A stretch of 64,000 nucleotides of DNA from Alphaproteobacteria bacterium. GTDB taxonomy: Bacteria > Pseudomonadota > Alphaproteobacteria > SMXQ01. The position numbers were made by a program, and so were the translations under genes. Positions 37,551 to 48,917 of this stretch are shown piece by piece. Below the pieces are notes generated by a model that was given only the letters and a program-made list of their open reading frames with translations, made no database searches and was not told where the DNA came from. Numbering within the stretch: the stretch's first letter is position 1; every line of letters starts with the position of its first letter. The stretch is from the NCBI GenBank assembly GCA_050485485.1, contig JBJHBM010000005.1, positions 11,877 through 75,876 on the forward strand. The letters run 5' to 3'.

Positions 37551-38096
37551 TCAGCGGGCGAAGACCTCGCGCCACAGGCAGGGCAGGGCCACGCTGCCCG
37601 TAACCATTTTGCTGGCACGTTCCTTATCCGCCGGGGTCATTGCGGCCCATAGGTTCTGGGCCAGCCCCTGCGCTTCGGCCACGCCCAGTGCCTCGGCCCG
37701 GCGGACCCAGCCGTAGCCTACGGCGAAGTCGGTGCTGCTGCCGGCGATGCGCTGGGCGACGCGGCGCAGCACGCGCACGCCCGAGACGACATCGCCTGTG
37801 TATATCTCGCCTAGTTTCAGCGCCGCGTTGCCGTGGTTTTGCTCCGCCGCCCGGCATAACCATTCCACGGATTGTGGCGTGTCGTAGAAGCCTTGCGCTT
37901 CATTCACCGAGCAGCACAAAGCGTCGCCCACCTTGTATTGGGCTTCGGCATCTCCGGCGCGGGCAGCGTCGATATTGGACGAGACGGTGGACTTGTCCCG
38001 TGCGATGTTGGCGCCCTCCGTCGCGGCGCTGACGCAACCCGACAGAACAAGCGGTACACACAGGGCGGCCCAGCGCCCAATACGATAAATATCCAT
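37551..38096 (-). CDS. Sel1/TPR-repeat lipoprotein
   Basis: Lipobox LVLSGC; two Sel1-like repeats (AEAQYKVGDAL…; GNAALKLGEIY…AEAQGLAQNLW). Confidence 0.7.
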   Translation of the reverse strand: MDIYRIGRWAALCVPLVLSGCVSAATEGANIARDKSTVSSNIDAARAGDAEAQYKVGDALCCSVNEAQGFYDTPQSVEWLCRAAEQNHGNAALKLGEIYTGDVVSGVRVLRRVAQRIAGSSTDFAVGYGWVRRAEALGVAEAQGLAQNLWAAMTPADKERASKMVTGSVALPCLWREVFAR

Positions 38097-38353
38097 GTGA
38101 ATTCCCCCTTGATGCGGCGCGTGCTTGCGCCGCTTCCCCCATTGCCCCATGAAATGACAATGTCGATCCCCAAATGAAACCATTCCGGTGCATTGAATGC
38201 AACCTCAGCAACCATGGGATGGGTGGAGGCGCAACCGTTCTTGGAAATTCAGCCAATGGGAACGAAAATGCCCCACCCAGCGGCCTGACGGCGCTTGAGT
38301 GGGGCATTTTGTCGCGACGGCCAGGGAGAGACAGAAATCCTCTCCCTGGATGT

Positions 38354-38428
38354 TGGCTCCCCGGGCCGGATTCGAACCAGCGACCAACCGGTTAACAGCC
38401 GGTTGCTCTACCGCTGAGCTACCGGGGA
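38354..38428 (-). tRNA. tRNA-Asn (anticodon GTT)
   Basis: Reverse complement folds as TCCCCGG acceptor, anticodon loop CTGTTAA, T-arm GGTTCGAATCC, CCA encoded. Confidence 0.9.
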
Positions 38429-38540
38429 ATAATCGGATGCCTGCGGCCGCTCCGTGGCGGGGCCGCGTTATAGCAAAAGCGCCCCCCTATTGCCAGAGTA
38501 TCCGTAAATTGCGTCTTAATGCCGAAAATGGCCGGGGAGA

Positions 38541-38614
38541 TGGAGGCCGGAGCCGGAATCGAACCGGCGTAGAGGGATTTGCAGTCCCTTGCATCACCAC
38601 TATGCTATCCGGCC
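38541..38614 (-). tRNA. tRNA-Cys (anticodon GCA)
   Basis: Reverse complement folds as GGCCGGA acceptor, anticodon loop CTGCAAA, short variable loop, T-arm GGTTCGATTCC, CCA encoded. Confidence 0.9.
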
Positions 38615-38815
38615 GCGTCGCCGCAGGGCCGCACCCGGGCGCTTGCGGCGGCCCCGACATATAGGGCCCGCCCGCCGGGCGGTCAACGCCCTAAATCCGC
38701 CATATGCGTTGTGTTCCTTCGCCCGGGCAAGTATATAGCTTGTCGTGGCTGGGGCGCACGGAAATGCCGTGGCGCGGGTCCGGGCGGGGGCATCGTAAAG
38801 GACGTCAGGGGTTGC

Positions 38816-39472
38816 ATGATCGATTTCGGAACCGCACGCCGCAATATGGTCGATAACCAGTTGCGGCCCAACAAAGTCACGGACGAGCGTGTCCTGACGG
38901 CGATGGGCGCCGTGCCGCGCGAGCGTTTCGTGGACGAGGTGCTGCGCGGCGTCGCCTATGTGGACGAGGACATCCCGATCGGGCGCGGCCGTGTACTGAT
39001 GGAGCCGATGGTCCTCGCGCGCATGCTGCAGGCGGCGGAGATCGGCCCCAACGACGTGGTGCTCGATATCGGCTGCGGCACCGGCTACACGGCTGCCGTC
39101 TGCGCGCGACTGGGTGCGACCGTCGTGGCAGTCGAAAGCGACCCCACCTTTGTCGCAGAGGCGGGGCGGATACTATCGGAACTCGAGGTCGATAACGTCG
39201 TGACGGCCGAGGCGCCGCTTGTGGGAGGGTATCCGGCGCAGGCGCCCTATGACGTCATCCTGTTTTCGGGAGCCATCCCGGAGATGCCTCCGAAAATCCT
39301 GTCCCAGCTCGCCGACCGCGGACGGCTGTGCGCGGTGGTCGCCCCCGCCGATGCTGCTCCTTGTGCGATGCTGTCATTCAACGTCGCGGGCACGCCCGCA
39401 TTCCGCAAGCTGTTCGATGCCTCGGTGCCGCTCCTGCCGGGATTCGAACGCGAGCCCGATTTCGTGTTCTGA
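38816..39472 (+). CDS. pcm: protein-L-isoaspartate O-methyltransferase
   Basis: VLDIGCGTGYTAAVCARL SAM motif plus PIMT signature (MVDNQLRPNKV…). Confidence 0.85.
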   Translation: MIDFGTARRNMVDNQLRPNKVTDERVLTAMGAVPRERFVDEVLRGVAYVDEDIPIGRGRVLMEPMVLARMLQAAEIGPNDVVLDIGCGTGYTAAVCARLGATVVAVESDPTFVAEAGRILSELEVDNVVTAEAPLVGGYPAQAPYDVILFSGAIPEMPPKILSQLADRGRLCAVVAPADAAPCAMLSFNVAGTPAFRKLFDASVPLLPGFEREPDFVF

Positions 39473-39518
39473 AACGCGTGTCCATGCGGCGTCCGCCCGC
39501 GATAAAGGTTGCCGAAGC

Positions 39519-40901
39519 ATGATCTTCATTCAGAGCACAAATCTGGTCCGGGCCGCTGCGGCTGCTCTTCTGGTGTCCACCGCCTTCACGGTTCCGGCTT
39601 CCGCGGAGTCGCTGCGCGAAGCCTTGGCCAAGGCTTACACCACCAACCCGCAGTTGATGGCCGAGCGCGCTGCGCTGCGTGCCACGGACGAAGGGGTGCC
39701 GCAGGCCCTGGCGGGCTGGCGGCCGACCGTCACAGTGATCGGCGAGGCCGGCACACAGCGGATCGACAGCAATACCAGCAGGCAGACGCGCCACCCGCGT
39801 ACCCTCGATTTCGAGGTGCGTCAGCCGCTCTACCGCGGCGGCCGCACGATCAACGACACGCGCCGCGCGGAAGCCCTGGTTGCTGCCGGCCGCGCCCAAC
39901 TCCACTCCGTCGAGCAGGCGGTTTTGCTGGCGACCGTTCGTGCCTACATGAACGTGGTGCGCGACATTGCCGTGCTGGATTTCACCCGCAATAACGAGGA
40001 GCGCCTACAGCGCCAACTCCAGGCGGCCAGGGACCGTTTCAGGGTCGGCGAGATCACACGCACCGACGTGGCACAGGCCGAGGCGCGCTATTCGCAAGCC
40101 ACCGCAGACCGTATTCAGGCGGAAGGCGTTCTGACCAGCTCGCGTGCGGCCTACCGCACCGTGGTAGGCGATATGCCGGGTACGCTGTCACCCGATTTCG
40201 GCCCCCTTTCCCTGCCGATAGGGGAAGACGATGCGCAGCTTCGTGCACGCGAGAACTATCCGGACGTCATACGTGCCCGCTATCGCGCCGAAGCCGCGCG
40301 CCATGGCGTGAATGTGGTGCGCGGCGAACTGCTGCCGCGTCTCGATCTGATCGGGTCGCTCTCCACGGAAGAAGATACCCAGGGGCGCGGCACGAGTCGT
40401 GACGTGGCTGAGTTCAGCGCCCGGCTCACGGTGCCGCTCTACGAAGCAGGTGGAGTTTACTCACGTCTGCGGGCTTCCAAGCAAGTGCTGGTCCAACGCC
40501 TGGACGAACTGGATGACGAGCGCCGTGCGGCACTGGAGCTTGCGACCAGTGCCTGGAACGTGCTGGAGACGGCCCGGGCCGCGGTTCGTTCGTTCGAGGA
40601 GGCGGTTCGCGCCAACGAGATCGCGCTGGAAGGCGTCCAGCGCGAGAACCTCGTCGGCTCGCGTACCGTGCTCGACGTGCTCGACGCGGAGCAGGAACTG
40701 CTGAATTCTCAAGTGAGCCTCGTGCGCGCCCAGCGCAACGAGGTCGTCGCCCGATTCGAGGTACTTGCCGCAATCGGCGATCTAACGGCACGGGGCCTAG
40801 ACTTGCCGGTCGAGATTTACGACCCGATGGATAACTATGGCCAGGTACGCGACAAGTGGATCGGCACCGGCCCAGAAGTACTGTCCGGCAACCGGCCATG
40901 A
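39519..40901 (+). CDS. tolC: TolC-family outer-membrane efflux protein
   Basis: Signal peptide, two OEP repeats (LREALAKAYTTNPQL…; …TVLDVLDAEQELLNSQVSL). Confidence 0.85.
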   Translation: MIFIQSTNLVRAAAAALLVSTAFTVPASAESLREALAKAYTTNPQLMAERAALRATDEGVPQALAGWRPTVTVIGEAGTQRIDSNTSRQTRHPRTLDFEVRQPLYRGGRTINDTRRAEALVAAGRAQLHSVEQAVLLATVRAYMNVVRDIAVLDFTRNNEERLQRQLQAARDRFRVGEITRTDVAQAEARYSQATADRIQAEGVLTSSRAAYRTVVGDMPGTLSPDFGPLSLPIGEDDAQLRARENYPDVIRARYRAEAARHGVNVVRGELLPRLDLIGSLSTEEDTQGRGTSRDVAEFSARLTVPLYEAGGVYSRLRASKQVLVQRLDELDDERRAALELATSAWNVLETARAAVRSFEEAVRANEIALEGVQRENLVGSRTVLDVLDAEQELLNSQVSLVRAQRNEVVARFEVLAAIGDLTARGLDLPVEIYDPMDNYGQVRDKWIGTGPEVLSGNRP

Positions 40902-41005
40902 CACGGAATATTTACCGTCTGTTCATATTTTTGTTAGATTGTTGATGGGACGTTAACCATAAACGCTGTCCGGAAGATGGTGCTCCGTGGCGGTGACGGC
41001 GAGCG

Positions 41006-41620
41006 ATGAGCGACGAGAAGTCCCAGCAACAGGAACCGACAATGGAGGAGATATTGGCCTCCATACGGCGCATCATCTCCGAGAACGACGACGGGGAGGG
41101 GAAGACCGGCGACCCCAAAGCGAAGGCCGTCGCCAAGCCCGAGCAGGAGAGTGTTTTGCGACTCGAGCCCGACCAAAAGGCCGAAGAGGACATCCTTGAA
41201 TTGACCGACGTGGTCGAGAACGAAGGGAAGATTGCCTCGGATGTGCCGGCGAAAGATAGCGCCGGACGGGGCGACGTGGTGATGGAAGACGCTTCCTCCG
41301 CGCCGCGGCAGGTTTCCCGGGTCGCGGAAACCGTTGCATCCGATCCGCGCAAAACCGGGGAGGAGGAGTCACTGGTGTCCATGGCGACCGCCGCCGCGTC
41401 CACCGCCGCCCTCACGCAGCTTGCCCAGGCGCTCGATCGCGACCCGCGCGCGGTCGGCAACATCGCGCTCGGTTCCGGAAACACCCTTGAGGATCTGGTC
41501 AAGGACATGATAAGGCCCATGCTCAAGGAGTGGCTTGACCAGAATCTACCGCCCATCGTCGAACGGCTGGTCAGGCGAGAAATCGAGCGGATGGTCCGCC
41601 GGGCCGAAGACCAGGCCTAG
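41006..41620 (+). CDS. popZ: polar organizing protein PopZ homologue (DUF2497)
   Basis: N-terminus [28 protein letters not shown] and C-terminus [40 protein letters not shown] closely match Caulobacter PopZ. Acidic, Pro-rich linker. Confidence 0.7.
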   Translation: MSDEKSQQQEPTMEEILASIRRIISENDDGEGKTGDPKAKAVAKPEQESVLRLEPDQKAEEDILELTDVVENEGKIASDVPAKDSAGRGDVVMEDASSAPRQVSRVAETVASDPRKTGEEESLVSMATAAASTAALTQLAQALDRDPRAVGNIALGSGNTLEDLVKDMIRPMLKEWLDQNLPPIVERLVRREIERMVRRAEDQA

Positions 41621-41681
41621 GCCGGGTCAGCCGCGCCGTCCCACCCGGGGCGGTTCCAAGCCGAAAGAGACCGCGCCAGCG

Positions 41682-44363
41682 ATGCTGGAGAAGACCTATC
41701 GGCCCGCCGAGGTCGAGGAAAGACATTACGCCGCCTGGGAAGCGTCGGGCGCATTCGCCGCCGATCCCGGCGTCGGGCGCCCGCCGTTCACGATCATGAT
41801 GCCGCCGCCCAACGTCACGGGCAGCCTGCACATGGGCCATGCGCTGACCTTCACGCTTCAGGACATCCTGATCCGCTTCAAGCGGATGAAGGGATTCGAC
41901 ACGCTGTGGCAACCGGGCACCGACCATGCCGGGATCGCGACCCAGATGGTGGTGGAGCGCCAGCTCGCCGAGCATGGCATCTTCCCCGACCGTGGACAGG
42001 AAGCAGGCGACAACCGCGTCCTGATCGGTCGCGACGATTTCGTCGCGCGGGTGTGGGACTGGAAGGCCGAGAGCGGCAGCACCATCACACGCCAGCTGCG
42101 GCGCCTCGGGGCCTCGCCCGACTGGGCCCGCGAGCGCTTCACCCTCGACGAGGGCCTGTCGGCGGCGGTGCGCAAGGTGTTCGTGCAGCTTTACCGGGAG
42201 GGCCTACTTTACCGCGACAAGCGGCTGGTCAACTGGGACACCAAGCTGCAGACCGCGGTGAGTGACCTCGAGGTCCAGCAGGTCGAGACCAAGGGGCATC
42301 TGTGGCACTTCAAGTATCCCGTGGAAGGCCTTGATAATACGTTTATAACGGTCGCCACGACACGGCCAGAGACGATGCTGGGCGATACCGGCGTGGCGGT
42401 CCACCCCGACGACGAGCGCTACCGTGATCTCGTGGGCAAATTCGTGGTGCTGCCGCTTGTCGGGCGGCGCATCCCTATCGTTGCCGACGAATACGCCGAT
42501 CCCGAGACCGGCTCGGGCGCGGTCAAGATCACGCCGGGACACGACTTCAACGATTTCGAGGTGGGGCGGCGCCATACCCTCGAAATGATCAACATTTTCG
42601 ATTCCCGTGGCGCATTGAATGGAAACGTGCCGGAAGGCTGGCGCGGCGTCGACCGCTTCGCTGCGCGCGATCGTGTGGTGGCTGAGATCGAGCGGCTGGG
42701 GCTCCTGGAAAAGATCGAGGACCACGTCCATGTCGTGCCCCATGGCGACCGTTCGGGCACGGTGCTCGAGCCATGGCTCACCGACCAGTGGTACGTGGAC
42801 GCCAAGACCCTGGCGGCGCCCGCCATCGCAGCGGTGGAAACCGGCGCCACGCGCTTCGTGCCGAAGCATTGGGAAAACACCTATTTCGAGTGGATGCGCA
42901 ACATCCAGCCCTGGTGCGTGTCGCGCCAGCTATGGTGGGGACACCAGATTCCGGCATGGTACGGCCCGGATGGAGAGGTGTTCGTGGCCGAGAGCGAAGA
43001 AGAGGCGGCGGATATTGCGCGTGCCCATTACGGAAAGACGGCGGAACTGCACCGCGATCCGGACGTGCTCGACACCTGGTTCTCGTCCGCGCTGTGGCCC
43101 TTCTCGACGCTCGGCTGGCCCGAAAGGACGGCGCAACTCGCGCGCTACTATCCGACCGACGTGCTGGTGACAGGCTTCGACATCATCTTCTTCTGGGTCG
43201 CCCGGATGATGATGACGGGGCTCCATTTCATGGGCGAAGTGCCGTTCCGCGACGTCTACATCCATGCGCTGGTGCGCGACGAGCGCGGCCAGAAGATGTC
43301 GAAGTCCAAGGGCAATATCATCGACCCGCTGGAACTGATCGACGAATACGGCGCCGACGCGCTGCGTTTCACATTGGCCGCGCTGGCGGCCCAGGGGCGC
43401 GACATCAAGCTCGCCGAGAGCCGCGTCGAGGGCTACCGCAACTTCGCGACCAAGCTTTGGAACGCGGCCCGCTTCGCCGAGATGAACGATTGCCGCGCGG
43501 TGGCGGGATTCGATCCCGCCGTGAGCCGGCATGTCCTCAACCGCTGGGTCGTCGCCGCGATGGCGGAGACCGCAGACAGGGTTGCGGCCGAAATCGATGC
43601 CTACCGCTTCAACGAGGCGGCAAACGCACTCTATCACTTCATCTGGGGTACGTTCTGCGACTGGTACCTCGAGTTCATCAAGCCGGTGCTCGCCGGCGGC
43701 GATGCGGACGCGGTGGCTGAGACGCGTGCCACTTGCGCCTGGGCTCTCGACACCATTCTCCACATGCTGCATCCCTTCATGCCCTTCATCACGGAAGAGC
43801 TGTGGGAGAAGCTGGGTGAGGGGCGGGAGCGCAGCCTGATCGTTTCAGCATGGCCGGCATTGCCGGAGGGCGCCCGCGACGCGCAGGCGCGTGCCGAGAT
43901 CGATTGGCTGGTGCGCCTGATCTCCGAGATTCGCGCCGTGCGGGCCGAGATGAACGTGCCGGCGGCCGCCAAGATCGCGCTCGTGGTCAAGGATGCGTCC
44001 GAGGCGACACGGACGTGCCTCGCGACCCACCGCGCCGCCGTCGAACGGCTTGCGCGCATCGAATCCGTGACGCATCTCGATGGCGCCCTTCCCAAGGGTG
44101 CGGTCTCGGTGGTCCTGGACGAGGCGACGCTGGTCCTGCCGCTCGCCGGGATTATCGACATCGGCGCGGAGAAGGGACGGCTCGAAAAGGAGATCGCCAA
44201 GGCGACCTCCGAGATCGGCAAGATCGAGAAGAAGCTTGGCAATCCCGCCTTCGTCGAGAAGGCGCCCGAGGAGGTGGTCGAGGAGAACAGGGAGCGCCTC
44301 GCCGAATACGCGGCCCAGAAACGTAGACTTTCTGAGGCTCTGGCGCGTCTCGCGGGCGCCTAG
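41682..44363 (+). CDS. valS: valyl-tRNA synthetase
   Basis: HMGH and KMSKS motifs, C-terminal coiled coil. Confidence 0.95.
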   Translation: MLEKTYRPAEVEERHYAAWEASGAFAADPGVGRPPFTIMMPPPNVTGSLHMGHALTFTLQDILIRFKRMKGFDTLWQPGTDHAGIATQMVVERQLAEHGIFPDRGQEAGDNRVLIGRDDFVARVWDWKAESGSTITRQLRRLGASPDWARERFTLDEGLSAAVRKVFVQLYREGLLYRDKRLVNWDTKLQTAVSDLEVQQVETKGHLWHFKYPVEGLDNTFITVATTRPETMLGDTGVAVHPDDERYRDLVGKFVVLPLVGRRIPIVADEYADPETGSGAVKITPGHDFNDFEVGRRHTLEMINIFDSRGALNGNVPEGWRGVDRFAARDRVVAEIERLGLLEKIEDHVHVVPHGDRSGTVLEPWLTDQWYVDAKTLAAPAIAAVETGATRFVPKHWENTYFEWMRNIQPWCVSRQLWWGHQIPAWYGPDGEVFVAESEEEAADIARAHYGKTAELHRDPDVLDTWFSSALWPFSTLGWPERTAQLARYYPTDVLVTGFDIIFFWVARMMMTGLHFMGEVPFRDVYIHALVRDERGQKMSKSKGNIIDPLELIDEYGADALRFTLAALAAQGRDIKLAESRVEGYRNFATKLWNAARFAEMNDCRAVAGFDPAVSRHVLNRWVVAAMAETADRVAAEIDAYRFNEAANALYHFIWGTFCDWYLEFIKPVLAGGDADAVAETRATCAWALDTILHMLHPFMPFITEELWEKLGEGRERSLIVSAWPALPEGARDAQARAEIDWLVRLISEIRAVRAEMNVPAAAKIALVVKDASEATRTCLATHRAAVERLARIESVTHLDGALPKGAVSVVLDEATLVLPLAGIIDIGAEKGRLEKEIAKATSEIGKIEKKLGNPAFVEKAPEEVVEENRERLAEYAAQKRRLSEALARLAGA

Positions 44364-44659
44364 GCGTTATCCCGGTGCCGGTGCGCAAGGTCGCGCGCGG
44401 CCTTCAAAAGCCCGTGATGCAGTCGCCGGAAATCGAAATGGGATGACAGGTCGAGCGGACCGCGCTAGCGTCTTCTCCAAGAAGACACACGGGACAACCG
44501 GGACCGGCACGCTCTGGGACGGCATTCGCCGCGGAGAACGGGACCGACGGGCCGCGTTTTCCGCTTCATTTGCACCACGGTGACCCTCGCGCGCCGGCCG
44601 GCAACCCACGCCGCCGGCGGACCCTGTCCGCCCCTTACCCATGAACCAAGGGGACGCCA

Positions 44660-45112
44660 ATGGTCGCATTCACACTCAACGGCAAGCCGGTCTCCGTGGA
44701 GGCCGATCCCGAAACGCCGCTGCTCTGGATGGTGCGCGAGCATCTCAAGCTGACCGGCACCAAATACGGCTGCGGCGCCGGCCTGTGCGGCGCCTGCACG
44801 GTGCATGTCAACGGCGCGGCGGTAAAGTCATGCATGGCCTTCGCAGATTCGCTCGAAGGCGCCCAAGTGGTCACGATCGAGGGACTTTCGCCCGACGCGG
44901 GCCATCCCCTCCAGAAGGCATGGGTCGCCGAGCAGGTGCCTCAGTGCGGCTACTGCCAGTCCGGGCAGATCATGAAGGCGGCCGAACTTCTGGCCGCGAA
45001 TCCGAAACCGAGCCGTGCCGAGATCGTCGCCCACATGGACGGCAACATTTGCCGTTGCGGCACCTACAACCGCATCCTCGCGGCCATCGAGCGCGTCGCC
45101 AGGGAGGGTTGA
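44660..45112 (+). CDS. (2Fe-2S)-binding small subunit of a molybdenum hydroxylase (isoquinoline 1-oxidoreductase alpha-like)
   Basis: [13 protein letters not shown] and [11 protein letters not shown]…CRCGTY cluster motifs. Confidence 0.9.
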   Translation: MVAFTLNGKPVSVEADPETPLLWMVREHLKLTGTKYGCGAGLCGACTVHVNGAAVKSCMAFADSLEGAQVVTIEGLSPDAGHPLQKAWVAEQVPQCGYCQSGQIMKAAELLAANPKPSRAEIVAHMDGNICRCGTYNRILAAIERVAREG

Positions 45113-45115
45113 GAC

Positions 45116-47290
45116 ATGACCGAAATCCGCAAGCCCGACTTCGAGGTTTCCCGGCGGGGTTTCCTCGCCGGTTCCGCCGGACTGACCTTCGCTATCGCGG
45201 TCGCCGGACCGCGCGCGGGGCTGCTTGCGCCGTCGCGCGCGCGCGCCGCGACGCCCGGCGCCATCACCGCCTGGGTGCGGATCGCCCCCGATGATGCCAT
45301 CACCATCCTGACCCCCGGCGGCGAGATGGGACAGGGCTCCTCCACCGGGGTGCCGATCGTCCTCGCCGACGAGATGGATGCCGACTGGAGCAAGGTCACG
45401 CTCGAATGGGCGCCGGCCGACGCGAGCCGTTATGGCTACCGCGCTGGTGGCGGGCGCTCGATGGCGATCGTGGGGTCGCGCGCCGTGATGTTCTACTACC
45501 CCGACATGCGCATCGCCGGCGCGCAGGTGCGCAAAGTGTTGCTGCAGGCGGCCGCCGGGAAGTGGGGCGTGCCGGCCTCGGAACTCTCGACCGAGCCCAG
45601 CGTCGTCGTGCACGCGGCTTCCGGCCGCCGCATGAGCTACGGCGAGATCGCGTCCTTCGCGACCGTTCCCGACCCGCTCCCGCAGATCGCGGCCCAGGAC
45701 CTCAAGCAGCCGTCGCAGTTCCGCTACATCGGCAGGAGCCAGCCGCGCCATGACATCCCGCCCAAGGTCAACGGCACGGCGGAGTTCGCCATCGACGTGC
45801 AACTGCCCGGCATGGTCTATGCCACGGTCGTCCATTCGCCGGTGCAGGGCGCCGCGCCGGAAAGCTGGAACGATGCCACTCTCAAGGGCATGAAGGGGGT
45901 GATCGGCACCGTGAAGCTGGAGGACGGCGTCGCCGTGGTGGCCGACGCTTTCGAGCGCTCGCTCGCGGCACGCCACGCGCTCGAGGTGAAATGGGGGTCC
46001 TCCAAGGCGGCGGGATTCGATTCCGAGCCGGCGCTGGAGGAGGCTTATGCGAAGATACATGCCGATCCCAAGGCACGGAGCGCGAACGTCGAGAGCAAGG
46101 GCGACGTCGCCGCGGCCTTCGCCTCCGCCACCAAGACCTACAAGGCCGAGTTCCGCTCCGACTACGGCTATCACGCCCAGATGGAGCCGCTCAACGCCAC
46201 CGCGCGCTTCAACGAGGCGGGTAATCGCGTGGAAGTCTGGGACGGCACCCAGTCGCCTGACCGCGCGCGCGAGGCGGTGGCCCAGGCTTGTGGGCTCGGC
46301 GCCGAGCAGGTGACGCTGCACCAGTGCTACATGGGCGGCGGGTTCGGCCGCCGGTCGCTTTCGGACTATACCATCGAAGCGGCCCTGGTCGCGCGCGAGA
46401 TCAAGCGCCCGGTGAAGATGATCTGGACCCGCGAGGAGGACATCGCCCACGGCATGTTCCGCCCGCAGTCCTACCAGTGCATCGAGGCCGCGCTCGATTC
46501 CTCGGGCAAGGTCACGGGCTGGAAGCACTGCATCGTCGGCGACGGGCGCAACCTGCTCACGGGCGGCATGAAGATTCCGTACTATGGCGTGCCCAACCAG
46601 GACATCTCGCTCCGCGGCACGTCCCATGGCATCCGGCTCAAGCACTGGCGCGCCGTGGCCCACGTCTTCAACGTCTACGCGATCGAGGAGTTCATCGACC
46701 GCATGGCGATCGCGGAAGGCATGGACCCGATCGAGTTCCGTATCAACGCGATGGGCATGGGCGAGAAGGGGCGGCGCGTCTTCGCCCGGGTCGCCGAGAT
46801 GTGCGACTGGGGCGCCCCACGCCCCGAAGGCCGTGCGGTCGGCCTCTCGATCTCCGAGCGCTCGGGCTCCCTCGGCGCCTGCGCTGCGGAAATCTCGCTC
46901 GCCCGCGATTCGAACGCGATCAAGGTCCACAAGGTCTGGATCGCGGTGGACGGCGGCACCATCGTCCAGCCCGATGCCGCACGCGCCAATATCGAAAGCG
47001 GCATCATGTACGGGCTCTCCTCGGTGCTGCACGAGCGCGTGACGGTCAGAGGCGGCATCGTCGAGCAGACCAACTTCCACGACTATCACGTGATGCGCAT
47101 GTCCGACACGCCCGACGAGATGCACGTCGCCTTCGTGGAGCCGCTCGACCCGAGGCCGACGGGACTCGGGGAGATCGGCAATCCGCCGATCCCTGCGGCG
47201 GTCGCGAGCGCATTTTACCGGCTGACGGGCAAGCGGCTCGATCACATGCCGTTCACGCCGGAGCGGGTGGAGGCCGCCCTCAGGGCATGA
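45116..47290 (+). CDS. molybdopterin-binding large subunit of a molybdenum hydroxylase/aldehyde oxidoreductase (IorB-like)
   Basis: Tat signal SRRGFLAGSAGLTFAIAVA; MoCo-binding domains (…HQCYMGGGFGRR…). Confidence 0.9.
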   Translation: MTEIRKPDFEVSRRGFLAGSAGLTFAIAVAGPRAGLLAPSRARAATPGAITAWVRIAPDDAITILTPGGEMGQGSSTGVPIVLADEMDADWSKVTLEWAPADASRYGYRAGGGRSMAIVGSRAVMFYYPDMRIAGAQVRKVLLQAAAGKWGVPASELSTEPSVVVHAASGRRMSYGEIASFATVPDPLPQIAAQDLKQPSQFRYIGRSQPRHDIPPKVNGTAEFAIDVQLPGMVYATVVHSPVQGAAPESWNDATLKGMKGVIGTVKLEDGVAVVADAFERSLAARHALEVKWGSSKAAGFDSEPALEEAYAKIHADPKARSANVESKGDVAAAFASATKTYKAEFRSDYGYHAQMEPLNATARFNEAGNRVEVWDGTQSPDRAREAVAQACGLGAEQVTLHQCYMGGGFGRRSLSDYTIEAALVAREIKRPVKMIWTREEDIAHGMFRPQSYQCIEAALDSSGKVTGWKHCIVGDGRNLLTGGMKIPYYGVPNQDISLRGTSHGIRLKHWRAVAHVFNVYAIEEFIDRMAIAEGMDPIEFRINAMGMGEKGRRVFARVAEMCDWGAPRPEGRAVGLSISERSGSLGACAAEISLARDSNAIKVHKVWIAVDGGTIVQPDAARANIESGIMYGLSSVLHERVTVRGGIVEQTNFHDYHVMRMSDTPDEMHVAFVEPLDPRPTGLGEIGNPPIPAAVASAFYRLTGKRLDHMPFTPERVEAALRA

Positions 47291-47374
47291 ATCGCCCGGA
47301 TATGGAAACGGGAGAAGGGGCCGCGAACCGTTCGCGGCCCCTTTGTCATTTCGTCCTCATGCGCGGGAAGTCGG

Positions 47375-48766
47375 TCACCCCCCGATGGCAGGCGCCGGGG
47401 CCCGCCGTCCCACGCCGGCGAGTGCGAAGAACACCATCGCGTTGGCGGCGACGCCGACCACGAGGCCTTCGATCTCCCACGGCTTGCCGAGCCAGATATC
47501 CCAGCCGATGTTCACGACGAGTCCGGCCGTGGCCGCTCCCAGAAAAGCTGGGAGGCCGGCACGGGAGCCCATCAGCACCGCGATCAGCGGGACGAGGATG
47601 ATCGGCGCCCAGAAATTGTAGGCGTAGATCAGGATGTCCAGCACGCTCTGGATGCTGATCGCGAACCAGATCGCCAGCACGCCGACCGCTACCGTCGTAA
47701 TCTGTGCGATGAGGAGAAGCCTCCTCTCGGAAAGCGGTGTGCGGACAAGCGGACGGACGATATCGTTCGTGACGGCCACGGATGCTGCGTTCAGGAACGA
47801 ATCCGCCGACGACATGACGATGGCGATCACGGCCGCCACGACGATCCCCTTCAGCACGGGCGGCAACACCGCGTTGACCACGTGCGGCATGGCGAGGTTG
47901 CTGTCTAGGCTGGGCTGCAGGGCGAAGGCGACCAGCCCGATGGTCCCGCTGACGACGAAGAAGGGAACGGAGAACAGGGCGGCCCAGAACGTGCCCCTTC
48001 GCACAGCCTTTGCATCGCGCGCGATGAGGAGCCTCTGCACATAGGGCGGCACCAGCGTCTCGCCCAGCAGGAAGATCAGGAACAGCGAAATGAGCGCGGT
48101 CCATGCCGTGCCCGCCGCGGGGACCTCCCAATGCGTTGCCGGAATTTTCTCGACCAGGCTCGTCCAGCCGCCGACCGCCTCGATGCCGAGGATCAGCGTC
48201 AGCGGGATGCCGACCGCGAGCAGGATGAATTGTACGACGTCGGTGAGCACGACGGCCTTCATGCCGCCGGTCGCGGCATAGGCGATGACGATTCCGCAGC
48301 CGATCAGCGCGCCCCAGAGGGGAGGGATGCCGATGAAGACCTCGAACACCTTGCCCATGGCGCCGACCTGCGCGCCTACGATCCCGGCGCAGACCAGGAA
48401 GGAGAAGATGCCGGTCAGAATCTTGCCGGGTATGCCGAAATTGCGCGCCATGATATCGCCCACCGAGAGCATGTCCCTGAAGCAATCCATGCGCGGCGCG
48501 ATCTTCGTGGCGACGAGGAATTGCATCAGGCTGAAGCCCCACAAGGCGACGATGCTGGCGATGCCGAGGAGGAAGACTTTTCCTGCGTTGCCGACGGAAA
48601 ATCCGCCGCCGATAAAGGACGCCGCCAAGGTGCAGAAAATGACCCCGGCGCCGTACGAGCGTCCGGCGACGGAATAGCCCTGCAATGTTCGGACGCCCTT
48701 GCCGCACCACAGGCCGAACGCCAGGATTCCCGCCAGATAAACGAAAAGTATGGCGATGTCGATCAT
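47375..48766 (-). CDS. sodium:solute symporter (SSS) family transporter
   Basis: 13 TM helices, SSS signature (GGMKAVVLTDVVQ). The same-strand alternative-frame ORF 47346..48710 is rejected. Confidence 0.8.
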   Translation of the reverse strand: MIDIAILFVYLAGILAFGLWCGKGVRTLQGYSVAGRSYGAGVIFCTLAASFIGGGFSVGNAGKVFLLGIASIVALWGFSLMQFLVATKIAPRMDCFRDMLSVGDIMARNFGIPGKILTGIFSFLVCAGIVGAQVGAMGKVFEVFIGIPPLWGALIGCGIVIAYAATGGMKAVVLTDVVQFILLAVGIPLTLILGIEAVGGWTSLVEKIPATHWEVPAAGTAWTALISLFLIFLLGETLVPPYVQRLLIARDAKAVRRGTFWAALFSVPFFVVSGTIGLVAFALQPSLDSNLAMPHVVNAVLPPVLKGIVVAAVIAIVMSSADSFLNAASVAVTNDIVRPLVRTPLSERRLLLIAQITTVAVGVLAIWFAISIQSVLDILIYAYNFWAPIILVPLIAVLMGSRAGLPAFLGAATAGLVVNIGWDIWLGKPWEIEGLVVGVAANAMVFFALAGVGRRAPAPAIGG

Positions 48767-48917
48767 CGCTTCCCCCAACTATCCCCTAGGTAGAAATTAC
48801 CGGCGAGACTATCCCCTTATTGACTAGGAAGAAATCTTGGATATACGGGCTTTGCCTTGGAATGTGGGCGCGGCTATTCTGCGCCCCCTGACCGCCAGCA
48901 CCCAAAGGATTTTTTCC

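Noticed and set aside
47346-48710. 454-aa minus-strand ORF in an alternative frame of the SSS transporter region
   Set aside because: The 47375..48778 frame gives a convincing 13-TM sodium:solute symporter. The alternative frame gives Arg/Gly-rich sequence.
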